The translations under genes and the position numbers were made by a program. A stretch of 64,000 bases of DNA, from positions 124,001 to 188,000 of the forward strand of contig JAAOMT010000276.1 in assembly GCA_016748015.1 (NCBI GenBank), written 5' to 3'. Below the pieces are notes generated by a model, which saw only the letters and a list, made by a program, of their open reading frames with translations, was not told the origin of the DNA and made no database searches. This DNA comes from Geosiphon pyriformis uo1 (Eukaryota; Fungi; Glomeromycota). Shown piece after piece: positions 51,969 through 64,000 of the stretch. The stretch's first letter is position 1, and each line of letters starts with the position of its first letter.

Positions 51969-53618
51969 ATGGAAAGAATACCAAACGAGATACTCTTCTT
52001 GATCTTTATAAACCTTGAAAGACCTGCAGCTTTCTCACTTACTTGTCGGGTGTTACATAACACCACAAAAGATCCTCATGCACGTGCTGCTTATTTTCTA
52101 CAAAGATATGGTTGCCGTTTGGCTGTATTCTACGCGATCAAGAACCATGCTAAAGTGTTGAACAAAGAAACAGCAGAGGCAATGATAGCCGCTGGTGCTA
52201 TTGTCTCAAGAAATTTGGTACAACGGCTCATCAAAGACTATTTGGAACGCCAACCTAGTGAATATTACAAGTGTTGCTGGACTAGTAAATTGACCTTTGG
52301 CACCTATCTTGCTTTCTTGAATCGTGGTCACGAACTATATGGTGATAACTTGTGGGCAAAAGACGCTATGGACGATTGGGAACAATTTAGAATTTGTATA
52401 TCTTTACAGTCAGGGATGGATTTTGATTATGCAGATCAGCATAAAAATACACATGACACTAATCGTGATAATATCCGTGAACTTGTGGATAAATATAATG
52501 TAGTACCTTTGCCGCTCCAATACGGTTTTGGACATATATCAAACACTTTTGTTACGATTGCGCGAATTGGAGATCCCCAATTGCTCAAGATGGCATTAAG
52601 TGATCTTTCAAATTTCGATCAATATGAATTTCTCAACATTATTCCAAAGATAATAGAGAAATTAATATACAACAAACCAACGCCCACCCATTTAAAAAAG
52701 GCATTAGACAATTTATTTCAGTACAAGTTTCGAGTACTTGAAGAACTTGCCCTTGAATTGGTTCGAAACTGTGGATTATATCAAGTGCCTAATGTTATTC
52801 TAGATACCTTAATTGAACGGCGTGATTCTTTACCGTTCAATCTCGACAAAGTAATCATTAAGGCAATAAATGATAAATTCCACTCAATTTATTCCTACAA
52901 TGGGGCTCCAGATAACATTGGACCCCTCCACCACTATTTTCCTCAACATCGTTCTAATATTCAAGCAAATCTCGAGACGATATTGGACGATGGGCACAGT
53001 GTTGTCTGTAGTCGTAATGATGCAAGTTATTATGGCTATGGTGTCGGATGTATAGCGGTAGATTTTATCCTCAACAAATTTGGACCTCACCATTCGGTCA
53101 CACAAAAATGTTTCGACGCAATCCTAAGGGATCTTTGCGATAAAAATATAAAATTGCAAAAGCCCGGTGCAAATAATGTCGAAGGAGTATTAATGCAAGG
53201 ATCACCACAATTTTTCAAAAGATATGTAGAAGCTGGTGTCAGATTGAGGCCTGAGCATCTAAAAATGGTGTTTGAAAAAGGAATGCAAAGGAAATGGTTC
53301 ATAAAAGACTTGGGAAAAGCGTTAGAAAGTACCTTAAAGGGAGATACCACGACGGTACCATTGAATACAAAAGCAAGGTTATCATGTGATTCAAAAGTGG
53401 CGCCATTATTAAATGAGGAATCACCACGAAAGCAATATCGAGAATTATTAATAAATTCCTCGTCACCATTGCACAAAAAAAACTCATGGCAAATTGCGAT
53501 TGAAGATTTACTTCATTGTGAACGAGAAAAAAATCGAGGCACAACTAAACAATGGTCAACAAGATCACGACTATATCGAATGTTGGATGAACTTCATAAA
53601 CAACATTTTCGAACTTGA
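51969..53618 (+). CDS. Hypothetical protein with an N-terminal F-box-like motif, single exon, 549 aa
   Basis: MERIPNEILFLIFINLERPAAFSLTCRVLH fits the F-box pattern (LPxEIxxxIF...xLxCr); long clean ORF with normal CpG content. Confidence 0.72.
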   Translation: MERIPNEILFLIFINLERPAAFSLTCRVLHNTTKDPHARAAYFLQRYGCRLAVFYAIKNHAKVLNKETAEAMIAAGAIVSRNLVQRLIKDYLERQPSEYYKCCWTSKLTFGTYLAFLNRGHELYGDNLWAKDAMDDWEQFRICISLQSGMDFDYADQHKNTHDTNRDNIRELVDKYNVVPLPLQYGFGHISNTFVTIARIGDPQLLKMALSDLSNFDQYEFLNIIPKIIEKLIYNKPTPTHLKKALDNLFQYKFRVLEELALELVRNCGLYQVPNVILDTLIERRDSLPFNLDKVIIKAINDKFHSIYSYNGAPDNIGPLHHYFPQHRSNIQANLETILDDGHSVVCSRNDASYYGYGVGCIAVDFILNKFGPHHSVTQKCFDAILRDLCDKNIKLQKPGANNVEGVLMQGSPQFFKRYVEAGVRLRPEHLKMVFEKGMQRKWFIKDLGKALESTLKGDTTTVPLNTKARLSCDSKVAPLLNEESPRKQYRELLINSSSPLHKKNSWQIAIEDLLHCEREKNRGTTKQWSTRSRLYRMLDELHKQHFRT

Positions 53619-55504
53619 TGATATATATATTTCGTGATTCATAATAAAGTCTTTTTGATCCATAGTATTTAAGTTCATGTGCCTGTTGCCTTCAATTTCT
53701 AAAAGTATTCTTAATTTAATTAATTTTCTGATATCGATCTCCTTTTCTCCCTTCCCAATAATGCATATTGTCTTCTCTTTACAGAATAAATAAATTTCTG
53801 TTACAATCGCCTTCCTTTTGACCCAAATTATCTTGACCTACCCTTCCTACATGCACAATCTTCTACACCTGATCCTTTATTCCCCAATATATATGTACAG
53901 TTGGCTCCTTTTCATATTCATTGTATATTTATTTTTCTTGTTGTGCTCATTTTATGGTCCCATACTCGTACAGCTTCTTATGAAAGTTACCGATGGGCCA
54001 CAAACGCGATCTAAACTCAAACTTACCTCACGTCACGAAAGCAAACCACACCAAACATAGCAAAAGTTATTTGCGTTCTGGAACTTTTCTTATGATCTTA
54101 AAATTAGTCATAGTAACGCAAAGGACTTTTTAGCTTTTTGGGATTTTTTAGTGAGGTTAATTTGGGGACCATTCTAAATTCGAGTTTTTCCTATTTTTTC
54201 ATGTGACGTTTTAACGGGGAGCTCTGTGGTGAAGCAACTCTGTAAAAAGAGGTGTTTGCAAAGGTACATTGGGTACGACCAAACATATGCTTTACCACAT
54301 TGTTCCCCGTAAAACACCCATGCCAACGCGATTTTTGATTTTTCCTGTAAATGAAAAAGATATTCGATTTTTTTCTTCGTTTTAATCACGATTTTTACGA
54401 TTTTCTTTGTTCATTTTTTAGCAACCTCCTTTTTAAATTATATTGTGCATTCTCGCTAAAAAATTTGCGATATTATTTTACATAATTTAAAAAACTTTAT
54501 AGAGAAACTTAAAGACTACTATTTCTTAGTCGTTTTCAGACATTGTACAAAAACATCATTGTGTATAGTTCCCTTCCCACGAATATTAGTTTGTTGATTA
54601 GCTTATAAAATTCTAAAATTTCGATTTTCCTGGTTACTTGTTATAATATGACCTTGTTCATCGCTGATTCTAATAATTACTCTTGTTAAATATTTTTTGC
54701 GAATTCAGATCTTTTAACATTATTTTATGAGATTTGAGCAGTGTAAAATAATGATGATAAATGAGAATTTTGTGGCAATATGGTTGGATCTTCAAGTGAT
54801 ACTGAAAAGTATTTTGGAGGTTCAACTGTATTATATGTGGATTGACAGTCTATAAACTACAAAGTGGCCTAGTTGTTAAATGCGCTAAAAAGAGAAAATT
54901 TTCACACCAAGATAATGCGTATCTCGAGAAAAGTGATGACAAATTTAAATTCTGTTTTTGTATTTTCACGAACCCACTAAATCATCGGAGCTCTCATCTT
55001 TGGGTCCGCTTATGGAGGTTTGGACATTTGACACGAATGAAATCCCAACATGAAAAGGGCACGCGGAAAGAGTCACGGAAATATCCCACCTAAAGAGTGA
55101 GATTATGACAAATTTATGAATTTCTGATTTCATCAACTCCCCGCCATTGGCAAGGTAAAAGTCAGACTTAATTTTATTAAATAAGAAATGATCAAGTAAT
55201 CTAGTTTTTAATGAAAATTCACTATCTACGATTCTACCATCTCATAAGCCAATCTTGAAAACTTTTAATAAATTGGGTATCAAAATTCCCACACATCATT
55301 AACTTTTCACAAAAAAACTCCTCTGTAACCTTTTTATCTTGAAAACAAGACATTTTAATTGTCATTAAGAAAAGTTTCTCACATTGAAAGACACTTTAAC
55401 CCCTATACTCTTCTAAGGCAAAGCACAAGTCACTCTTGATTGTGCGGTTACACTTTTTATCTGCCCCTTTTTTACGAGCACTGTGATGCACCAATGCCTT
55501 TACA

Positions 55505-58500
55505 ATGTCAACGAATGTTAACGAAGACAGGAAAAGGTTAAAAGAGCTTTTAAAGTGAGTTCGGCTTACCATTGGTTCCAATTGTTTTTGGTTCAACTTC
55601 TAATTCTCTCCGAAAACTGGCTGATCTAAATCATTTACCGGCTTCTTAGTGAGGCTTCAGACTTGGAAAAAGAACTAAAGAAGCAAGAGCAACAAAAGCG
55701 ACGAATAAAAAACGCGGAAGTTGCCCCAGAAATTGAAGAGGAAGCTGAATTTTTGCGTAATTGGTATTTTTTATTTCATTTAATCTAAACTAATTTCATT
55801 CTATTGTATAGTTTGGAAATTTTGAATCGATTCGTGATTCTTTGTGGATTAATAACTCGTATTATTGCATAAAATATTCTCATCCTCTAATGACACAATT
55901 TTGTCTGAATATTTTCACATAAAATGTAAATTAAAGCCTCATCGACCTATACGAAGAAATTCTCCTGATTGATCTCAAGTTCGCCAGCGAGAACGGTATC
56001 GAAGAGAAACTCTGGAGAAATGTATTTTATAGTCACGTCGAGGAACTTAGGCAAAAATTGCGCAAAGTAAAAGTCTTACATTTATGATGAACTTTTTACT
56101 CATGAATTTCTATTCACATGAGTCCATTTTTAGGTCAAACCAGAAAGGGCACCTGATCATCAAGCAGCATATCTTGAATTATGTCGTTATCTTGATCTTG
56201 GAGCTGGCTTCTACCACACAATTATAAACCATTTAAAGATTCGTGAAAGCATTGATTTGGATCGTATCGGAGTTGGTTCGTAGCTATTTTATTTGACACT
56301 TGGAGGAATCTCACACACAATAAAAGTTATCCATCTTAAATTATCTTTTTCAAAAGAAATATTTACTAAAGTTAACGGAGAAGGCAAAAACGGCTCACCT
56401 TCTTCGCGTGCTTTGTCCAAAATTCGCAAAAAGGAACTTGCTGCAGAGTGCATTCAGAGGTGTCTGATCTATCTCGGGGATTTTGCTCGTTATCGTGAAA
56501 CAGTGATATCATTAGGAGAAAAGCGTTGGGAATATGCTAAACAATTTTATACCAAAGCGGCACGTGTATATTGTGATTATGGAAAGGCTCAGGGACAATT
56601 AGCTGTTTTAGCATCTTACAGCAACAAAGAACTGGATGTTGTGTATTGGTATTCATTCAGGTAACTCAAGTTCTCCTTATTAACCTCATTTACCCACTAT
56701 CTTGAGTGTTTATTCCTTCATCTTTTCATTTATGCAATTTACTAGTCTCGCTACAAAACAACCATCACCTATTGCGGCAGAAAATCTCAAGACTTTCTAC
56801 GCCAAATTTCAACTTGCTCAAGCAAATCCAGTTGAGACTGTAGCCAGGTATTTGATTATTGTTATAGAGTTAAGAGTTAATTTATAATTTAATTCTAATA
56901 AATAAGAAGTACTATAACCTTCGTTTTAGGCTTGAAATTGATAAATTTACCAATCAGTTTTTGGCAATTCATCGTTTACTTTTTGATGAAGAGGTTGAAA
57001 TGTAGGTATTCAATTTTTTTCGAGCCATAGAAATTTTCCATTACTAATAACTGTCTCCCTCTTTTGCATTAGTCTCAAACAGAAAGTGGAAGAGATTGGA
57101 AAATTAAAAGATCGTTTTGAACTCCTGGTATCTTCTCCCCCTGATAATATTCAAAATTTGGGCACTATTTTCAAAAAAATCATATTCATTTTAATATTCA
57201 CATTTTGGGATTATCGAAATGGTTCAGGTATAATTAAAAATGATATAAATCATTCTCTAAACTGAGTTCCTTATTAACAATTTTATTTAAAGTTCAAGCA
57301 CGAATAGTTGAATTGCGTCACGTTCAGCTAACAACCGTTAGCCTTGGATTAGGCTTTTGCATTTCTGTTTTGGATCAACTAGCTGCTGTCTTTGGAAGTG
57401 AGAGTGATAGTCCTCAGCAATTTTTGCCGAATTCCGCAATTGAATGCTTACCGGCTTTGATCTTATGGTGCGAATATCTCAGTATATCTATAGAGGCTTT
57501 TCTGCAATTGTATACATTTGCTAAGACGTGCGAGAAAGATGGTGACTTGCTTGTTTCCCAGTTCATCATGGTATTTAAAAGTTAATTAATTCGCATGCAC
57601 TTCCTTAACAAAAGTAGTTATATTATAATTGATGAATGTATCTAATACGTGGTAGAATGTGAGCAACTTCGTAAAAACTATTGTTACATTGTTCAACACT
57701 CCAAAAGTCTCTCTCCTGCTAGGGGAGATAAAGGATCTTGCAGAGTTCGCGCGCCTCTCAGTTCCAGAAGATGTAGAATTCCTTGGTGTAATCCCTTTAA
57801 GGATTTTACAGCACAATATAAAGTTCAATATTTCGAAAAAGGATGACATTTTCAAGACGCGATTGGCTAGATTATTTGTTTGCGTGAAAAGGCTGGCAGA
57901 ATTTAAGGTCAGCGTGGTTTTTGTTGTGTAAACACGATATGATCTGATCATCTGATATTTGGGTTTTCGTCAATTCAGTCATTCGACCTAATCAGTATAA
58001 ATGAGACAACAGGCCAATTCATCTTATTTGATGGTGCCGCCAGGGTATTAAAAATATTATTATTTTAAATACTTTTATTGTTGGAATTCAAATTAAATTA
58101 TAATTTGCGAACAGAAAAAAGAGCGTCAACGAATAAGTAAACTAATGGCTCAACAGCTATTGCAAGAACAAGTACAATCGCTGGAACAAAAGTTAACCAA
58201 AATGGAAATTCCTGCACGTCTTTCCTCGAAACCCCACCCTTTAGATGGGGAAGTTCCGGCTCCCAAACTGAAACTGTCCACGAAACAATGCGTGGTTGAT
58301 ATCAGTGTGGTCACGAAGCACTTGAAATTGGTGCGAAAATGGATTACGGAAGCCACATGCACAGTAATTGTCCCTTTGAATGGTAAATGACAATCTCCAC
58401 AATTCTCAAATTCATTAATATCTTAACCCGATATTAAATTCACTCTTCCATATGTTAAGTCATCGATTCTTTGGACGTACTTAAGAAGGGTGATAAACAA

Positions 58501-58923
58501 GAAAATGCTCGCGCGCGGGAGGCGATTCGGTTTTTGGATCAACAATTTCAGAAACGTCATCCAGAAATCCCAATTGACGAACAAAGAACTAATCATGTAA
58601 ATAACCAAAATAACCTCATAATAGCGCAAAAATTAATAGAGAAGATATCACCGTGGGTCAAAGTCGAAGCTTACATAGATGACATGTTCGATTCACTTGA
58701 TCCGAGGGAGTCGAATAACATGGATGCTACCATAAATTCAAAATCTCGTGACAGTTTCAATGTGATGCATATACCAACACAGTATCGTCCCGTATTGAGT
58801 TGCTGTCTTTATTACGTCCACATCGCGCAATTAAACGATATTATATTGGTGACGGACGATGAGGGGATGGCCAAACATGCAAGGATTTTTAATCTCCCAG
58901 TTTGCACACCTGCTAATGTTTAA
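55505..58923 (+). CDS. SMG5: SMG5-like NMD factor (Est1/14-3-3-like TPR domain plus C-terminal PIN), about 13 exons
   Basis: IEEKLWRNVFY, RCLIYLGDFARYRE, QLAVLA, MAQQLLQEQVQSLE and IVPLNVIDSLDVLKKG...AREAIRFL; GT-AG introns traced by eye. Confidence 0.82.
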
Positions 58924-59038
58924 AGCTGGTGATCCCGTTGAATAAAGGCCTTTCGATAATTATAGAAGCATGGGCCTATTGAGCGCGCTATTCTTTCGGA
59001 CTAAACAATAATATTAACCAACCGGGACTATTCTTTTA

Positions 59039-60794
59039 TTACTCCCTTTCTCTTCTTGACACACCCACTTTTAATATTTCTTCTGTGGTTTCTAATCTCG
59101 TGATAGCCTCTAAACCAGTCTCCCCTTTCTTATTCACTATTTCCATCACGTTTGATTTGACTGGTTCGTTAAGCGTCGAATACACGGTCTTCATTATGCC
59201 GCCATATCTCAATTTTCTTATTATCGGTCGTGAAATGGGCTTTCCTGTATTATCGGGAATATTTGACACGATATTCTCATATGAGGTGCGGATTGTTTGT
59301 AAATCCTCGAGATACTGATAAAATAAGATTTAGGGAAGCGATTCCATAATCAATTTTGTAATCATCCAAATATAAAACAACTCACTTGTCTTAATTTTTT
59401 GATTCCATTGATTGCTGTTTCTGCGCGCGGACCTAACCCTATGCCAAAATAGGATTTCTAGATAAATTTAAAATTGCGGTACACAAAACGCGCTGTTTGA
59501 CATATTTACCATCATCAGATCCAATAGCACTTAATTCTCTCGATTCCTCCTTATTGTTTACCCAATGTGACAGTTCACTCTCATATAAATCGACAAAACT
59601 AGACAGCTGCTGCTTGATATCAGCACCCACCAAGGTAAGCTTTTCAATTGATTCCTTCTTGTCGTTTTCCTCAGGCACGATTATGTTTGATGCCTAAGGA
59701 AAGTGAAAATCGCTATAACTATTGAAATAGTTAATAAATTTTGACAATGCTTACCCCTTCTTTTAACCTTCTCATTTCATCTTGCAACCCTTGCGCTTCC
59801 TTGACTTTTTCTTCCCGAATTAATTGTAGTCCTTCAGTAGCAACGAGAGCGGATGGCCTTTGAGCACACATTTAAGAGACTAATGAGATTTATGAAATTG
59901 ATCAATATTTGAAGCTAACTTGTTACCTTAAACGTTGGGTTTCGTTACTTTTTGTGCTATTGATTAACAAATCAAGATCCCTTGGAAACAAATCATATTT
60001 TTGTGACAATATAGAATTGAGTGCATCTGGGTTGGAAGCCAAACCATCTAGTAATCCACAAGATCTTGTAATTTCATCCATACTATTTTTTGTTACCAAA
60101 AGAGTGGGTTTAGTGTTATTAATCTAGAAATTAGCCTTATTATACAAAATGTAAATTAGTGAGAACCTTTGATTTGATGGTTTGAATTCGTTTTCAGAAA
60201 AAGAAGGCATGCTTTGGACTATAGTCAACAAATTCCCATAAAATTCATATAATCGGAGAGAGGGTGCGCTTCCCTTGAGTCGGTAGTTTCATTAGATGAT
60301 TTCAAACCTACAAAAGATCAGAAATAAGAAACTAAAAAAAATTTCAGAATTACCACAATCAGTTCAGTGTCCGTAGATTTACATAGCCCAAGAATTGATG
60401 TCCTATGTGCAAGAACTGATTTTTTTGAGAAAAAAGTTAGGTAATGTGTTTATTCAATCAATACCATTCGATCATGAAAAATAACGAACGTTTTGCTCTA
60501 TCGAGTTGCTTGCGTTCATCATTAATAATATCATCAATATTATTTGCTTGTTGAAAGGTTCTACGGTTCCCTTGAATTTGGGGAACGTCTTCGAGACGAC
60601 AATCTATTCTTTTAAAATTCAACAAGAATGAAAAACTTCATAAAGTAAAACTTGATATTTAAAAATTTTTGATGAGTATACTTTAATAAAGCCCACTCAA
60701 TAAAATCGCATGCAACTTGTCTGTCCTGGATAACTTTTTTGAAACTAAATGGTGAGTTCGCTTCGATGAACTTTCGTGAAATCTCGTCTGCCAT
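59039..60794 (-). CDS. HAUS7/AUG7-like augmin subunit, multi-exon
   Basis: Spliced product MADEISRKFIEANSPF...DFIEWALLKID...ILGLCKSTDTELIV|GSAPSLRLYEFYGNLL...DLFPRDL...SFVDLYESELSHW...GLGPRA resembles animal HAUS7 and plant AUG7 motifs recalled from memory. Confidence 0.65.
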
Positions 60795-62250
60795 AATTTA
60801 ATTGAATTTACAATGTTATTTATTTCCTATATACATTTTTTCGATGAGAATGACGCGTAATTTATGTAAAATAAAACGCGTGAAAATATGACATCACATA
60901 CAATTATTTTTTACCATTACATTCTTTTCTCGAGAAATAAAATACCCATCACTATAGTTACAGCCATATTTAGGAATTAATCATATTGATGATATTTTAT
61001 CTGAGTTTTTCTTTTGTTAATCTTCGGTTTAATTTATGCGTTGCTGTTACTTGTTCTTTAAACTTAGCAGAGTTATTAAAGATCAATTCAAGGTTTAATA
61101 TTTTCCACATTTTCGTCTAACTGTTTTTAAGATTTATTGGTCAGCCTAATATTTGGTGAGAATTATCTTCTTAAGCACTGATCAATTAGTTTTTAAAGTC
61201 TAGATAATTGACTTTACAAAATCTTTAGTATTTTCTTTTTTTGACTTATCTTTACATTTTAAGCCTTTTGTTTTTCATTTTAACATAAGAATTTAGTAAA
61301 ATCAGCTTTAACATAGATTTTCAAATTAAGTATGATTAATAGTTTAAAATAATAGTCTAAAACAATAATTATTTTGCCAGCAAATTTTGCTTTAATAGTA
61401 AAAACTTGAGTAATTTAACCAGTTTAATTTTCAAGTTATTAATTTCAATATTTTTTAAGTTTAATTATATTATTATAAGTTGTTTTTATAAATAATTATA
61501 AAAATTTGCTACACTTAAAATTTTAAATTTTAAATTATTTTAATCAATTTAATAGTTTAAATTTTTGCAATTTTAAAATATTTAAATATTGTAAATAATT
61601 TTTTGTATTTAAATAAAAATTGAATTTGTAAGTTAATTATTTCAACAATAAAATAATTTTTTAATTAATAATTATAGCAATTATATTTTTAATTATTAAT
61701 TATAAAAATAGTAAAACACTAAAAAAATGCAAAATTCTTTTAAGTTTTTATTAAAAAGTAAAATTTTTTTTTTTAAATAATAATTTTTAAAAGCTAAAAT
61801 ATTGTATATATATATATATTTATTTATTAATATTTTTTTTACTTTTTATAATTATAAATAAAATAAAAAATAAAAAAACAACTGATATTTTTTTATAATA
61901 ATTATCAAAATATTAAAAAATCTTTTTTTTAACTATTTTTAAACCAAAACAGTTTTTAATTAATTTAAAAATATTTTTTTGCTTTTGATTAAAAGTTTTT
62001 TTTTTGGTTAAAATTTTTTTAAAATAAAATATTAAAATTAATTATAATATTATTACTATTATAATAAAAAGTTCCAAAATTTTTAACAATAAATTAGTAA
62101 ATAAATTATTGTTTATAATTATTATTTTTATTACTATTTTTTAAATAATCAAGAAAAAGTAACTAAAACATTTAAAAAAAAATTTTAAAAACTTTAAATT
62201 CTATTTTTTAAAAAATAAGAGAATTTTTTATTAATTTTACATATCATTAA

Positions 62251-62251
<1 letters not shown>

Positions 62252-62297
<46 letters not shown>

Positions 62298-62536
62298 GTT
62301 TAACGAGTGTGGTCCAGATGCTATCTAGTGTACATAAACAAGCTAAGTGTTTATAACTAAATGCGTATCACGTGTTTGCTACATATGACTAGCCACTCAA
62401 GCCGGCCAAGGCTACACTATACACTTATATTGACACTAACTTCACCATCCAAACCTGAGAAAAATAAACATTTCGAGAACCGAAACGGATCGCAAAAGCT
62501 TTATCAATACCTAATATACGGACAGTCTTATTGGAA
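62252..62536 (-). mobile_element. 5'-truncated LINE copy (285 bp) with a (TAA)n tail
   Basis: Encodes the ORF2 C-terminus (...CLFFSGLDGEVSVNISV*) and a 3' UTR homologous to 29920-30040; 9-bp TSD ATCATTAAT (62243-62251 / 62537-62545). Confidence 0.9.
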
Positions 62537-62998
62537 ATCATTAATAATAATTATAATATTTTATAATTTATATAAGATTTATTTTTTGCATAATTATAAT
62601 ATAAATATAGTTATATAATAATTATTTGAAATATTTAAAATTTTGTTATAAACTTAAAATATATGCTGTATATATGCTTTCAATTAATCAAACATTATTT
62701 TTCATTATATATATTAATATTATGTCTTGTTACATTTATCATATGATATTACATTTGAGATTAAATGTAACCATTAAGTTCTGTTGATTAAACAAGTTTA
62801 TTTGATGTTGCACAGGTATCGTGACTTAGTCAGGCCTACGATCCTATAATAAATAAAAAGTTGAGGATCAGCGACTTGTACCTTCAAATTGTTAATGATC
62901 AGTTGACCACTTGAAACCAGAACCAAAATAAACTTCAAGTTTAATCACCACCGATTAACTTTGGTTTCATCTACCATTTTCATCTTATATTTTCCTTA

Positions 62999-64000
62999 AT
63001 GCCTCGCCACAGCAAAAATAATACCGCACTCTCTTTCTTTACCTATGCGGAAGGTCAAGCGCTCGATTATGGGACCAAAAAGGTACCTTCAGGTTTAGAT
63101 CGTGATTATCAACTCTTCGTTTAAGTTTTGAGGGCCAAGATTTTCAGTGATTTCTTGAATTATTTGGATTACCATTCTTACTAATAGTTATCGATCTTTA
63201 CTCGCAGCAACGCCTTGGTCGTGACTCCATGCGTGAATTTGACGCTTGCTATCTATGTCTACAACGTGCTCGGAGCCCAGTATGTTGCTCTCAAGGTCAT
63301 CTCTACTGTAAAGAGTGCATTTATGAAAACATTTTAGCACAGAAGAAAGAGATAAAACGACAACAGGTTTTGTTAGAGCAGCGGGAAAAAGACGAGTTAG
63401 AAGTGAAAAAACGTAAAGAAGAGCTCGCCAAGGAAGCCATTATCCATGATTTTGAACGACAACAATTGAGGATCGCTCCAAACTCGACCATTAAACGGCA
63501 AGAAAATTTTGGCGAAGGTTTCAAGAAGCGCGAAAAATTTAATGAGATTTCGGTTGAAGGTGCCGGAATCAAGGATGAGGATGTAATATCAAACAATTTT
63601 ACGATTAAAAGTAAAAACTCTGATGAATCAGAAAAAAATATTCAAGGCGTGAATGCTGAGGGCATTCTTGAGCATACTGAGAAGACTATCGAAGTTTCAT
63701 CTCAAGGTTTCTAGAGGTTTCTATTTGGAATCAATTTCTCAATTTTCAATTAAAAAAAAAAAGAATAGCTCAAAACTCAACAAACGTGATTTTTTAAATA
63801 TTTAAGTTGCTGGTCGAAAGCGAAACTTTCATCTTGACGAAGAAGAGCTTTCAGAAATATCCAAACGGGAACAGAAGGAAACTTTACAACGATTGGAGGC
63901 GGAAAGGGTAGTTGATTAAACTTTTTGATTATACTTTATTTCATTTTTTTATGACATATTTTTCATCTGTTTTATTTCCTATTATTAGATTGCAGCCTCA
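62999..64000 (+). CDS. NOSIP: NOSIP-like RING/U-box protein, 5' part (exons 62999-63082, 63208-63706, 63807-63907, 63989->)
   Basis: MPRHSKNNTALSFFTYAE...YGTKK|QRLGRDSMREFDACYLCLQRARSPVCCSQGHLYCKECIYENILAQKK. Confidence 0.93.

Noticed and set aside
55505-63990. U12-type introns in host genes
   Set aside because: No RTATCCTT donor found; all traced introns are ordinary GT-AG

Overview
Eukaryotic, intron-containing, very AT-rich fungal DNA. The transposon families and gene content resemble Glomeromycotina (Geosiphon/AMF-like); this is an inference. About 75% of the window is nested retrotransposons at different stages of C>T/G>A decay. These include: a young CpG-rich Ty3/gypsy 5' end (1-2480); an old minus-strand LINE (~7190-32470) holding a solo LTR and a younger LINE, which itself holds a solo LTR and a full-length gypsy with zinc fingers, dUTPase and an extra 3' ORF (15980-25875); and an ORF1-only LINE derivative (37771-44486) holding a non-autonomous LTR element with a nested solo LTR. 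Host genes lie in CpG-normal islands: a PPR protein, a spliced BolA gene (only its first exon appears in the ORF track), an F-box-like protein, SMG5-like, HAUS7-like and NOSIP. The most notable signals are: a conserved GUG-initiated, AUG-free N-terminal Gag extension in two divergent gypsy families; repeat-restricted C>T hypermutation with protected CpG motifs; an intact accessory ORF3; and a DIS-like kissing-loop hairpin in the LTRs. All alignments and family assignments were made by eye, without searches.
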